Virus record (IMG/VR): IMGVR_UViG_3300008740_000003
Location: 25,497-89,496 of that record
Length of the DNA: 64,000 nt
Reading direction: 5' to 3' (one strand)
Source of the DNA: a virus
Part shown: positions 9,374 through 20,123 of the stretch, in pieces
Numbering within the stretch: the first letter of the stretch is position 1
Layout of the letters: each line of letters opens with the position of its first letter
Position numbers and translations under genes: made by a program
Notes under the pieces: model-generated
The model's input: the letters and a program-made list of their open reading frames with translations, nothing else
Databases searched by the model: none
What the model was told of the DNA's origin: nothing

Positions 9374-12300
9374 ATGGCTAAGAAAAAATTAAAAAATTAT
9401 ATATTTCAAACAGGAATTCCTAAAAGCGGGAATAATTATCCTATTGCTCACAATCTTATCTCTAAAAACGTAGACTGGATTAAAGATGAGATGATGGGGT
9501 ACATCTTAGAAAAAACAAATTTACATACAAAAGCAGATATATATCCTAATACATCTAACAGAATTACAAACAATAGAACTTTTATTAAAGATGAAGTATG
9601 GGCTTGGGTGGCGGCACAAGTTGCAGGTAACGTTGCACCATTTGCCGGTTTCACTAAAACTGAAGACACTATAGAAGCAGATGTAGAAAAAGTAGTAGAT
9701 GCTATTGCACGTGACGTTAGATATGGTGGTAATGAAAATTTAAGAACTCAAACAGGAACATATTTTATAGATGGTGTACTTCAATTAGCTAATAGTGGAG
9801 ATCCTGAAATCGCATATTGGACTTATATGCGAACACTTATAAAAGATTATATTTTACCTGGAAGTGCATTTAGTTCTTTACAAACTAGTACATCTTACAC
9901 TCCTACAGGAGCAACATATACGCCAGCAACTGGTGATATGATTTTAACTATTGGTGCTCACACTTTAACAGTTGGACAATCTGTTAGAATTAGTACACTT
10001 GGTTTAACTTTTACGTGTGCAAAGGACAACAATGCAACAAATCACAGTTATCCAAGAGCGTCTGGTTCAAACGCACCCGGTGGTGCTGATTATTTTTATA
10101 ATAAACCAGTTAAAATTACAGCTAAAGATTCAATGTCAATTACTATAAATGTAGGAGTATCTAGTAATACATCAGCACATACTTTTGTAAGTGCTTCTTC
10201 TGGATCTGTACAAAGTGGAACAATACAAGATTTAACAGGAACAAATGCTGAAAGTGCCGGTGTTACAGATTATGATACAAAATTAGGTCAATTAATTAAT
10301 ACAGTTGACAATGGATATCTTCAATTACCAGCTTTAATAAGTAGCTCTTATAAATTTGAAAATTTTACTTATAATACAGACAAGTGTAATAGAGATTATC
10401 AATTTATTCTTGATGCATATCTTAATGATTTACGTTACAATGGTAACAAACAAACAAGATTTATTGCTTCTAAATTCTGGGTTGGAACAACTCCTCAGAT
10501 AGATGGTGATAGACAACCAGAAATTGCCGCAACAAATTGGGTTAGAGATTTAATAACTAATTACGTTTTAGCAAATAGATCAGTAAACTTCACTCCAACA
10601 AATGCAGTATACACACCTACAACTGGAGTAATGACATTAACTATTGGAACACACCCAATAACAGTTGGTCAATATATTAGAATTAATACAAATAGTTTGA
10701 CGTTTACGTGTGCTATGGATAACCATGGATCAAATCATACATATCCAAGAGCAACAGGCTCGAATGCACCAGGTGGGGCTGACTATGCCTATAATGAACC
10801 AGTTTTAGTTACAGGAATAAGTGCAGATTCAATTACTGTAAACGTAGGAATATCAAGTAATACAACAGCACATACTTTTGTAAGTGCTACTACAGGTGCA
10901 GTTACAAGATCAAAACAAAGCCCAGTTGTTACTACACAATTTACAGATGGAACTCTTTCTGAATCAAATGCGGCAAGTAGAATAGTAACATTGTCAAATA
11001 TTATTGCTGATGTAAAAGAATTTGGTTTAGATAATTTACCAACATTAGAAAAAAATGAAGTATCTAGTTTAAAAGTTGTTAATCCAGGTGGACAAGTTAA
11101 TCATGAAGATATTTTATTAATTACAAACACTACAAGAAATACTGTATTATATAATTTTGCAGATGCAAGTCTTGGTTGTACAGTAGAATATGAAAAAGAA
11201 GAAGATGATGATTTTAAAGCATTCTTACAAGGTAGTGATACTGTAACTACAATATTTTTAAATGCTGATACTAGTACACACTCATTAACTGATGCAGTAT
11301 CTATTTTTATAGAAGGCGGAGAACTTAAAACAAGACCATTTGATTTTGGTACTGACGCAATTGAAAGATTTAGAATTGCAAAACCACAATCAATGATAGA
11401 TGCTGACTTTGAGTATGGACTACAGCCAACCAAGTGGCAAGCGATTGCAACACAAAGAGGTTATCCATCAATTTACGAAGTACCGGGAACAGATGTAGAT
11501 ATTGCATCAGTAACAACTGACGCATCAACTGGTACAGCAGGAATAGGTGCATCATTAATAACTGTAACAACAGTTGGTCCTCACTCCATGTTAGCAGGAG
11601 ATCCATTAACTATTATAGGTTTTGCAGGATCAGGAGTAGAAGGGGCAGGTAGAGCCCAAGGGTCATTTGTTGTAAATGCTATAACATCTAATAAAATTTT
11701 TAATTACTATGCAAAAGCAAAAGTAGGAACATCAAACGCACAGGTCATATCAACTAAATTTACTCAAATGCGTAAAGGTGCATTTTATACTGGAGCAGAT
11801 TTAGGAGAACCGACTTTCTCTGTTGTAACTCAAGGATCAAGTGGATCAGTTGCAACTTCATTAAAAGTATTATCAGGACAAACAATTGTTCCATTTACTG
11901 GAACAGCTCCTCCAACAGGAGCACCAGTGGCAGGAACAGGTATTGCAACTGGTACACAAATTACAGCAATTACAGGTTCAGGTGGAGCAATAGTTAGTCC
12001 AAAAATTAAAGGAGATTATGCTTCAGGTGTAACTCAAGTTGAAGTCGTAGATGCGGCTGGTATTTTACAAAATTCTGTAATGGATAGAGGTGATGGGTTT
12101 GGTACAAATATTATAAACGTTAATGGAATGGTTTTAACTTTATCAAGTCCCTTACAATCAAGTTTAATAGGTGATCAAACAGTTTATCAAAATGTTGCTG
12201 GATTAAACAGATCACCAAATGGTTCAGGTGCAACTTGGAATGTAAGTTGGACTGGTGGAACTTATACTGTTGCAATATCTGTAACTGGTCTAAATTATCA

Positions 12301-15300
12301 AGTAGGTGATGCAATAACAATTCTTGGAACGGCTTTAAGTGCATCAACACCAGCAAACGATTTAACAATTAATGTAGATAGTGTAGATACTGCAGGAGAA
12401 ATTCTTTCTTTCAGTTATTCAGGAACTGCATTTGACGGAACAGGATCAGTATCAAACGCAACTGGTAGTGTACCAGGTGGCGTAGGAACAGGCGGCACAT
12501 TTAATATTACTAAAACAGCTGGAACATATTCAGTAGCATTGGCAAGTAAAACATATACAGCTATAACTCCTGCATACGCAGGCGGTAATGGTGCTGGATC
12601 TATTTGGGACATAACAATATTGAATAATACTTTTAGTGCCGTTACAATGTCAAATGGTGGAACTGGTTTCATTGTTAATGATTCATTAAGATTTGCAGGA
12701 ACAGAATTTGGTGGAGTTGGAGATACTAATGAATTATTAATTAGAGTTACTGGTGAAAGTTCAGGAGTAATAACAGGTCATTCATCTGCAGGTACGGCTC
12801 CTGATGCAGTAGTAACATACTCAAACCCAGCATTTACTACAAGTGGTTCAGGAACATTAGCACAATTTAACGTAACAAGAACAGGTACAACTTATTCAGC
12901 AGTTATAACAGGATTAGGAACAAATTACGCACAAAATGATACTATAACAATTGATGGTGGTAATTTAGGTGGTGCATCAACAACAAATGATTGTACATTA
13001 ACAGTTGCAACTGTAGACGGTTCAGGTGGAATAACAAGTGTTACACCTACAGGTACAGCCGTAAACACACAATCCTGGACTGGATTAACATCAGCTAACA
13101 ACTATGTAGGTTCAGGAGCTCAATTTAGTGTTACTAACGCAGGCGGTGGTGGTAGCTATAGTAATGTTACAGTAACGTCAGTTGGAGAACATTATACATT
13201 AGGTCAAGAATTAAAAATATCAGGAACAACATTAGGAGGCTTATCTCCTACACACGATTTAACAATTACATTGGATACAGCATTAGGAGCCAATGACGCA
13301 ATTGTACAAGGTAATTGGACAGATAGTGGTAATGCTTTACCAGGACCTGAATCAATGGCTTATGTAGTAAATGATATATTAGAAGTTTCTGGTTCGGCTT
13401 TGGGCGGAGTTAATACGACCAATGATGCATACGTTAGAGTGTCTAGCGTAGACGCAGACGGGTCTATTACAGGATTAGCTGTTAGTGGAACAGGAACTGA
13501 TGGAGACGTAACATATACGGAAATACCAGAATGGGATGGTTCAACGATACCAGGATGGACTACAAACCAATCAGGTACAGGTGCAACATTTACAATTCAA
13601 AGAGTAGGAACAGCTTATACAGCCACAGTAGTAGCGATAGGATCAGGATTTGTAGGAACAGAACAAATAACAATTTTAGGAACACACTTAGGTGGTGCAA
13701 CACCTGGCAATGACGCTTCATTTACTATTTCAACAGTTGACGGATCAGGTGGTATTACAGCCATTAGTGCAGTAACAGGAACCGCGGCTAATACTCAAAC
13801 ATATACAAATGCACCTACATCAAAAAGAATAGGTCAAGGTGAAGCATTTGATATTAGTATTTCAGGTGGAAATTATACTGTAGATGCAATTGCACAGGCA
13901 GGTACAAATTTCTGGGTAGGACAAATAGTTAAAATTTCTGGATCAACATTATATGGTGCTTCACCAGGAAATGATTTATCATTAGAAATTACATCAATAG
14001 ATGCAGTATCAACAGGCGGAATAACAGGCGTAACTGCTACTGGAAGTGCTAACACAGGTACTGGTGCTGTAGGAACATTAATAGGTGGAAGTAATAGACC
14101 ACAGGCTGGTGTTGGAGCAGTATTCTACATAACTAGATCATATACAAATGATTCATCAACTACATATACAGAAGCAACAGTTTCATCTTTAGGAACAGGT
14201 TATAATGTAGGAGATCAAATTGTAGTTTCCGGTTCAAGTTTAGGTGGAGGAACACCTACGCATGATTGCAGTATTACTGTTCAAGCTGTAAATTCATTTG
14301 GTGGTATAACACAATGTACTCATTCAGGTAGTGCAGTAACAGGAACAGGTGTATCAGTTTATTCATCTATTACTTTATCAGATGCAACTACACAAGTTTT
14401 ACCTTCTTCATCTACAATAACTTATAGTGCGATAGCAACAATACAAGTACAATTTTTAACACCACACGGTTTAGTTCCAGGAGATGGTTTCTTAGTAACT
14501 ATTGGATCTGATAATGGAAGTAATAATCATTTATTAGCATCAGGACCATTCCTTGTTACAGAACTTCCAGCAACTAATCAATTAAGATTCCAAGCTAGAG
14601 CTCCAGGACAAATTACGGATCAGGATTGGTCTGGATTCGTATATGTTAGACCAGATTCATTCTTCGTACATAGACCATTTGATGGAGGTGTACAATTAGG
14701 AACAGGTGGACCACAACATGGTGCACAGGCGATAAGACAATCTAAAAAATATATTAGATATCAATCAGGTAAAGGTATAATGTATACAACGGGTGCCTTG
14801 TTTGCTCCTTCTTATGATATTTTAAATATTGTAGCAGAAGGTAAAACACTTGGTTCAGTTATATCAGTTACTACAGATGAAGTTGATCACGGTTTACAAG
14901 TTGGTGCAATTATAACATTAATTGGAATAGCACAACAAGAATTTAATGATGATTATACAGTAACTCAAATAGTAAATGAAAGAACATTTAAAGTTACTGC
15001 TCAAAGTACTTTAAGTATGTTAACTCCAGAATTTAAAGATCAACCACAAGTATCATTAAAAAATTGGAATGGTGCAACTGTAAGATCAGGTATATTTGAT
15101 GATCAAAATGGAATTTTCTGGGAATATGATGGTGTAAACTTAAATCTTGTACAAAGAACAGCTACAAGACAATTAGCAGGAACAATTTCAGTAAATCCTG
15201 ATTCTAATACAATTGCAGGAACAGGAACAAGATTTAGAGAACAATTAAAAGCAGGTGATAGAATAGTAATAAGAGGTATGACTCACGTTGTATCTAGTGT

Positions 15301-17092
15301 TACGGATAATGTAACAATGAATGTTACTCCAGACTATAGAGGAGTTAATGCTTCATCTGGTGTTAAAAGTTGTTTAGTATTTGATAAAAAAGTTAAACAA
15401 GCTAACTGGAATTTAGATAGAGTAGACGGAACAGGAGCTAGTGGATATGATTTAAATGTATCTAAGATGCAGATGATCGGTTTACAAATGTCCTGGTATG
15501 GAGCAGGATTTATTGACTATATGACTAGAGGTGGTGATGGTAACTTTATTTTCTGTCACAGAATGAGAAATTCTAACATCAATACAGAAGCATATATGAG
15601 AACAGGTAACCAACCTGTACGTTATGAAGTTACAAATGAAGGTCCTAATGGTAAACTTTCAGATAATTTAACTGCAGGAGATACAACAATAAGATTAATA
15701 GATGCTTCTTTCTTCCCACCAGGTGGCGGAACACTTTATATAGATAATGAAATTATAACATACACAACTGTTACTGGTAATAAATTAACAGGTGTTACTA
15801 GAGCAACTCAATTAACTAACTTTTCTGCAGGAGCTACTAGATCATATACAGCAGGTCCGGCGGCTGAACACTTTAGAAATACAGGAGTTGTATTAATTAG
15901 TAACTCAGCAAGTCCAATTATATCACACTGGGGATCATCTTACATAACAGATGGTGACTTTGATGAAGAACGTGGATATCTGTTTAGTTACTCAGCAACG
16001 AATTTAGAATTATCAACTACGAAAAAAACTGTGTTCCTAATAAGATTAGCACCATCAGTTGCTAACGCTTTAACAGGAGACCTTGGAGATAGAGACTTGC
16101 TTAACAGAGCCCAGTTGCTACTTGAAGGTATAGAAATTACAACTGAACCTGAAGCTACTAATCCAGGTTCACTAGTTGTACAAGGGGTTATTAATCCTCA
16201 AAACTATCCAATTGATCCAAGTGATATAGGTTGGACGGGACTGTCAGGAACTGCACAAGGTGGTCAACCATCATTTGCTCAAATAGCGGCAGGTGGTTCG
16301 GTTAACTGGAACGGTGGTGCAACTCAGGTTACAGCAACAGCAGACACATCGGCGGCAATTTCAACTCAAGTTACAAACAACTGGTGGAACATGGGTACTT
16401 GGTATAACAATTATTCATACTGGTTAAAAGAAGATGGTCCAGGAAACAACAATGGTTTTGATGACAGAAATATTAAAGTGGGAGATTCAGTAAGTGGTGG
16501 TAGTTTCCCTGCAAATACAATTATTACAGAGCTTTATGAATATTCTTATTACTACCTAGCATACTACAGTAATAATCACGGTGGTATTCCAATGGGAACA
16601 CCTATTACGTTTTCTATGGGAGGTACATTAACTAATACAAACTACTTGTACATGGATCCAACTTCATGGGAAGCTTCAAATGCCACACAAGGTACAGAAT
16701 TAGAAGACGCTAATTTTCCAGCTGGTACATCAGTTATTAGTGTGGATCCAATAGCAAGATATGGTCCAGTTAGTGGTGGTACAAATTATTACAAAGTAAC
16801 GTTTTCACAAACGTCTACCGGGGCTATTGCCGCAGGTGCAAGTGTTACGTTCTTATTTGGTAATCCACCATATGCACAACCAGGTGAAACGATCTTTTCA
16901 TTCGTTGCACAGCCAGGTGAAAGAGCAACATTATCTCTTCATCCGATCAAGGAATTGACTAATACTACATTAGGTGGAAGAGGAACATTTCCTAATGGTC
17001 CAGATGCGTTAGCAATTAACGTATACAGAACATCAGGTGCTGGAGCAGTTAACGGTACAGTTACACTGCGTTGGTCAGAAGCTCAAGCGTAA
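9374..17092 (+). CDS. Giant (2572 aa) repeat-rich virion fibre/structural protein
   Basis: T/G/S-rich; KCxRD...D.RY.GN helical motifs, duplicated YTP.TG...TFTC..DN...H.YPR modules, eight LGG..P.ND repeats, PHGL..GD modules. Confidence 0.85.
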   Translation: MAKKKLKNYIFQTGIPKSGNNYPIAHNLISKNVDWIKDEMMGYILEKTNLHTKADIYPNTSNRITNNRTFIKDEVWAWVAAQVAGNVAPFAGFTKTEDTIEADVEKVVDAIARDVRYGGNENLRTQTGTYFIDGVLQLANSGDPEIAYWTYMRTLIKDYILPGSAFSSLQTSTSYTPTGATYTPATGDMILTIGAHTLTVGQSVRISTLGLTFTCAKDNNATNHSYPRASGSNAPGGADYFYNKPVKITAKDSMSITINVGVSSNTSAHTFVSASSGSVQSGTIQDLTGTNAESAGVTDYDTKLGQLINTVDNGYLQLPALISSSYKFENFTYNTDKCNRDYQFILDAYLNDLRYNGNKQTRFIASKFWVGTTPQIDGDRQPEIAATNWVRDLITNYVLANRSVNFTPTNAVYTPTTGVMTLTIGTHPITVGQYIRINTNSLTFTCAMDNHGSNHTYPRATGSNAPGGADYAYNEPVLVTGISADSITVNVGISSNTTAHTFVSATTGAVTRSKQSPVVTTQFTDGTLSESNAASRIVTLSNIIADVKEFGLDNLPTLEKNEVSSLKVVNPGGQVNHEDILLITNTTRNTVLYNFADASLGCTVEYEKEEDDDFKAFLQGSDTVTTIFLNADTSTHSLTDAVSIFIEGGELKTRPFDFGTDAIERFRIAKPQSMIDADFEYGLQPTKWQAIATQRGYPSIYEVPGTDVDIASVTTDASTGTAGIGASLITVTTVGPHSMLAGDPLTIIGFAGSGVEGAGRAQGSFVVNAITSNKIFNYYAKAKVGTSNAQVISTKFTQMRKGAFYTGADLGEPTFSVVTQGSSGSVATSLKVLSGQTIVPFTGTAPPTGAPVAGTGIATGTQITAITGSGGAIVSPKIKGDYASGVTQVEVVDAAGILQNSVMDRGDGFGTNIINVNGMVLTLSSPLQSSLIGDQTVYQNVAGLNRSPNGSGATWNVSWTGGTYTVAISVTGLNYQVGDAITILGTALSASTPANDLTINVDSVDTAGEILSFSYSGTAFDGTGSVSNATGSVPGGVGTGGTFNITKTAGTYSVALASKTYTAITPAYAGGNGAGSIWDITILNNTFSAVTMSNGGTGFIVNDSLRFAGTEFGGVGDTNELLIRVTGESSGVITGHSSAGTAPDAVVTYSNPAFTTSGSGTLAQFNVTRTGTTYSAVITGLGTNYAQNDTITIDGGNLGGASTTNDCTLTVATVDGSGGITSVTPTGTAVNTQSWTGLTSANNYVGSGAQFSVTNAGGGGSYSNVTVTSVGEHYTLGQELKISGTTLGGLSPTHDLTITLDTALGANDAIVQGNWTDSGNALPGPESMAYVVNDILEVSGSALGGVNTTNDAYVRVSSVDADGSITGLAVSGTGTDGDVTYTEIPEWDGSTIPGWTTNQSGTGATFTIQRVGTAYTATVVAIGSGFVGTEQITILGTHLGGATPGNDASFTISTVDGSGGITAISAVTGTAANTQTYTNAPTSKRIGQGEAFDISISGGNYTVDAIAQAGTNFWVGQIVKISGSTLYGASPGNDLSLEITSIDAVSTGGITGVTATGSANTGTGAVGTLIGGSNRPQAGVGAVFYITRSYTNDSSTTYTEATVSSLGTGYNVGDQIVVSGSSLGGGTPTHDCSITVQAVNSFGGITQCTHSGSAVTGTGVSVYSSITLSDATTQVLPSSSTITYSAIATIQVQFLTPHGLVPGDGFLVTIGSDNGSNNHLLASGPFLVTELPATNQLRFQARAPGQITDQDWSGFVYVRPDSFFVHRPFDGGVQLGTGGPQHGAQAIRQSKKYIRYQSGKGIMYTTGALFAPSYDILNIVAEGKTLGSVISVTTDEVDHGLQVGAIITLIGIAQQEFNDDYTVTQIVNERTFKVTAQSTLSMLTPEFKDQPQVSLKNWNGATVRSGIFDDQNGIFWEYDGVNLNLVQRTATRQLAGTISVNPDSNTIAGTGTRFREQLKAGDRIVIRGMTHVVSSVTDNVTMNVTPDYRGVNASSGVKSCLVFDKKVKQANWNLDRVDGTGASGYDLNVSKMQMIGLQMSWYGAGFIDYMTRGGDGNFIFCHRMRNSNINTEAYMRTGNQPVRYEVTNEGPNGKLSDNLTAGDTTIRLIDASFFPPGGGTLYIDNEIITYTTVTGNKLTGVTRATQLTNFSAGATRSYTAGPAAEHFRNTGVVLISNSASPIISHWGSSYITDGDFDEERGYLFSYSATNLELSTTKKTVFLIRLAPSVANALTGDLGDRDLLNRAQLLLEGIEITTEPEATNPGSLVVQGVINPQNYPIDPSDIGWTGLSGTAQGGQPSFAQIAAGGSVNWNGGATQVTATADTSAAISTQVTNNWWNMGTWYNNYSYWLKEDGPGNNNGFDDRNIKVGDSVSGGSFPANTIITELYEYSYYYLAYYSNNHGGIPMGTPITFSMGGTLTNTNYLYMDPTSWEASNATQGTELEDANFPAGTSVISVDPIARYGPVSGGTNYYKVTFSQTSTGAIAAGASVTFLFGNPPYAQPGETIFSFVAQPGERATLSLHPIKELTNTTLGGRGTFPNGPDALAINVYRTSGAGAVNGTVTLRWSEAQA
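9896..10903 (+). repeat. Two ~105-aa intragenic modules (starting ~9896 and ~10589)
   Basis: YTPTGATYTPATGDMILTIGAH...TFTCAKDNNATNHSYPRASGSNAPGGADY versus FTPTNAVYTPTTGVMTLTIGTH...TFTCAMDNHGSNHTYPRATGSNAPGGADY. Confidence 0.85.
12215..14345 (+). repeat. Eight degenerate ~85-90-aa beta-module repeats
   Basis: Recurrent G..Y..GD.I.I.G..LGG..P.ND..I.V..V...G.I; coordinates approximate. Confidence 0.8.
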
Positions 17093-17482
17093 TTATTTCT
17101 TTTCAGGATTGTCTTTTTTGGATTGGCTATCGCCTTTTATAACTCTATAATTATCTTCAGAATGATCAGGTGTACTAACTTCGGATACGCTACCATGATC
17201 AGATACTAATTCTAATTGATGAGGCATTAATGGTGGATTGTACCAAGTTTCACCTTCTTTAAATTCTTTAGTATATAAGGTTGCATCTTTAGTATCAATC
17301 CAATGTAATTTGAATACTCCACTATTACAAAACCAAGTTTCATCTTTGTCTTTATGAAAATGCATACTAAATTTTGCACCTTTTTTAGTAAAGACCATAA
17401 TTTTTCCACAGTATTTGTCGCTGGATGCCCATATTAATTCATAGCCCCAACCCATTTCTCTTTTACCTAGTTTATTGATCAT
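17093..17482 (-). CDS. Cupin (sugar isomerase/epimerase-like)
   Basis: GWGYELIW..YCGKI, FSMHFHKDKDETW, PPLMPHQL, EVST cupin metal motifs. Confidence 0.8.
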   Translation of the reverse strand: MINKLGKREMGWGYELIWASSDKYCGKIMVFTKKGAKFSMHFHKDKDETWFCNSGVFKLHWIDTKDATLYTKEFKEGETWYNPPLMPHQLELVSDHGSVSEVSTPDHSEDNYRVIKGDSQSKKDNPEKK

Positions 17483-18293
17483 CGATAAATTCCTTAACTG
17501 TTTTCCAATTAATGTCTATATGTTTATTTAATTTTGTTAAATCGGCGCAAGTATAAGTTTGATATTGTTTGCTTAAATTTATTGGCATAGGTATTGTTTC
17601 TAATTTGGCATTGTATTTTTCAGCAATAATTTTAGCTATTCTTAAAAAACTAGTAGACTTACCAGTACCTACATTAAAAATACCACTTGTATCTGTTGTT
17701 AACATTTGTTCATGTACTTTACATATATCACTTACACAAACAAAATCTCTCATATAATTTTCACTATTTTCAAAAACTTTAATTACTTTATTTTCTTTAG
17801 CTTGTTTTGTAAATTTAGTTATAGGTGACGCTTGATCTTTTTTATCTTCTTCATGAGGACCATACACATTAAAATATCTAAATCCTTGAACAAGAATTTG
17901 AAATCCATCTTTATCTACAGATTCTACAAAACGATCAAAGAAATATTTGCTCCATGCATAAGCATTCATAGGATAAACAGGACCTTCTTCATTAAAATTT
18001 CCTGTAGTTCCATATACACTAGCAGAGCTGGCGTATTGAAAATTTGTTCCCATAGTATCACATAATTGTAACAACCTCATACTAAAGTCATAATTTTGTT
18101 TCATTATTTTGTTTACATTTGTTTCAGTAGTTTTAGAAATTGCTCCTAAATGAATTATCCAATCATATTTTGATGGATCTGGGAAAGAATTTTCTATATA
18201 ATCATAACCTTCTACAGTATGTCCTTTAGTTTGTAAATATGCAAACAAATTACGTCCTATAAATCCTTTATATCCTGTTATTAAAATATTCAT
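17472..18293 (-). CDS. hldD: ADP-L-glycero-D-manno-heptose 6-epimerase-like SDR
   Basis: ITGYKGFIG, HLGAIS.TTE, YASSASVYG, P.NAYAWSK, GFRYFNVYGPHE, YQTYTCADLTKL; start moved to MNILITG (18293). Confidence 0.85.
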   Translation of the reverse strand: MNILITGYKGFIGRNLFAYLQTKGHTVEGYDYIENSFPDPSKYDWIIHLGAISKTTETNVNKIMKQNYDFSMRLLQLCDTMGTNFQYASSASVYGTTGNFNEEGPVYPMNAYAWSKYFFDRFVESVDKDGFQILVQGFRYFNVYGPHEEDKKDQASPITKFTKQAKENKVIKVFENSENYMRDFVCVSDICKVHEQMLTTDTSGIFNVGTGKSTSFLRIAKIIAEKYNAKLETIPMPINLSKQYQTYTCADLTKLNKHIDINWKTVKEFIDDQ

Positions 18294-18892
18294 TAGTATC
18301 CGTCTGTTTGCCAATCTCTAGTTAATTTACATATTTCTTCTGGTATAGACAAATAAGAATATTTGCTATCTGGAATTGGCACAAAATTAATATTAATTGC
18401 TATTCTAACTTTTTCATCTGTACAAGTAGAACCTGAATGATTTAGATAGCTAGGAAAAATAACCATTGAATTTGCAACACTAGGTATTTGTACACCATTT
18501 TTAAATTCAGTATATCCATTATTAGTATTAACATAAAATATTGCTGTAAGTGAGCAAGGATGAATAGTATCTATATGGTATCCGTGAACAACTACTTTAT
18601 CGGCTTTTGGAATAAGATTAGCTTTAATTCTAACAAAGTTTATTGGATCTAAAACTGCAAAAATTGGCATTAAAATTTCCCAATTTTCTCCTTGTGTAAC
18701 AATTTTACTAAATTCTTGAAATTGATGTACAAATTGTTGTTGATATTCTGATGTACCTGGTTTTGCCATAGCATCTCCTACAACATAATCATAATAGTAC
18801 CAAGGAAAACTTTTATCCATTATTCTATTTCTTAATTTTTCAAAATCTTCAGTACTTAATACATCATTAACAGTTATAATTTTATCTTTCAT
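18293..18892 (-). CDS. 2OG-Fe(II) oxygenase
   Basis: HxD (YHID), TAIFYVNTNNG.T.F, distal H (NHSG), R...N.N (VRIAININF). Confidence 0.8.
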   Translation of the reverse strand: MKDKIITVNDVLSTEDFEKLRNRIMDKSFPWYYYDYVVGDAMAKPGTSEYQQQFVHQFQEFSKIVTQGENWEILMPIFAVLDPINFVRIKANLIPKADKVVVHGYHIDTIHPCSLTAIFYVNTNNGYTEFKNGVQIPSVANSMVIFPSYLNHSGSTCTDEKVRIAININFVPIPDSKYSYLSIPEEICKLTRDWQTDGY

Positions 18893-20123
18893 TTTTAATT
18901 TTCTCTATTATATCACTTGTAGAATGTCCTTCTATTCTTGAAAAAATTTTGACGTCTGCAAGTTCATTTCCTATTACTGTTTCTACAGTCCAATCACCGC
19001 CTTTTACTATAATATCTGGCATAATTTCTTTCATAAGATTGTGTGGATTATCTTCTTCAAAAACTTTAACTTCATCTACCCACGGTAACATCATTAATTG
19101 TTTAACTCTTTTATCAACATCATTAATAGGTCTATCAGGACCTTTTATTTTTTTAACACTAGCATCACTATTAATTCCAACAATTAATTTTTTACCTAAA
19201 CTTTTTGCATATTTTAATAATTCTAAATGACCTATATGTAAAATATCAAATACTCCATTAGTAAAAATAACTCCTTTTTGTAAATCATTTAAAGTAACAG
19301 GAACAACACCACGTTGTTCTACATTTCTAGCTGATGCCATACACGCTAATTTACAACATTCAAATACATTAATATCTTTGGATATACCATAAGCTAATAC
19401 ACTTAAAAATGTATCTCCTGCACCTGTGACGTCAGCAACATCTTTTGCTTTTTCTTTTAATAATTGATATTCACCTGTAGTAGATAATACATGAGCACCA
19501 TTACTACCATCTGTAACTATTAACCATGTCCATTGATGATCTCGCATAAATTTAAGAGCATCACTAATTGAAAATACACCATTCCATTCTTTGTATTCTT
19601 TCATATTTGGTTTAACAATATAAGCTCCATCATAGGTATCTGCACTTTGTTTTGGATCAACTATTACATATTTTGTTTTTTCTAATAATTTAGATATTGT
19701 ATCTTTTTTAATAACACCTTTATTATAATCACTAACAATTACTATATCATTTTCTTTACAGTCAACAATAATTTCATTAGAATAATTTTCTTCTTTATCT
19801 AATCTTAATACGTGTTTACCACCTTGACCTATTATTCTAGTTTTAGTAGTTGTAACAGAATGATCATAATTTAATTTAGGATGTATTTCTTGTGTCAAAA
19901 ATAATTTTATTAATTTTTTACCTGAGTCATCTTGTCCTACTGCACCATATAATTCACAAAATATTTTTAAATTTGCAATATTAACTGCAACATTTCCAGC
20001 ACCACCTATACTATATCTTTTATTTTGTTCTTTTAAAACTAATACAGGTCCTTCAGGTGAAACTCTATTAGCTTGACCTTCTACCCATACATCTAGCATA
20101 ATATCACCAATTATTTTAATCAT
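18882..20123 (-). CDS. hldE: Bifunctional heptose-7-P kinase / heptose-1-P adenylyltransferase
   Basis: IGDIMLD, RVSPEGPV, GGAGNVA.N, SDYNKG, DVTGAGDT (PfkB domain) plus FTNGVFDILHIGH, GINSDASV..KG..RPIN, VKGGD, GHSTS. Confidence 0.92.
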   Translation of the reverse strand: MIKIIGDIMLDVWVEGQANRVSPEGPVLVLKEQNKRYSIGGAGNVAVNIANLKIFCELYGAVGQDDSGKKLIKLFLTQEIHPKLNYDHSVTTTKTRIIGQGGKHVLRLDKEENYSNEIIVDCKENDIVIVSDYNKGVIKKDTISKLLEKTKYVIVDPKQSADTYDGAYIVKPNMKEYKEWNGVFSISDALKFMRDHQWTWLIVTDGSNGAHVLSTTGEYQLLKEKAKDVADVTGAGDTFLSVLAYGISKDINVFECCKLACMASARNVEQRGVVPVTLNDLQKGVIFTNGVFDILHIGHLELLKYAKSLGKKLIVGINSDASVKKIKGPDRPINDVDKRVKQLMMLPWVDEVKVFEEDNPHNLMKEIMPDIIVKGGDWTVETVIGNELADVKIFSRIEGHSTSDIIEKIKNER

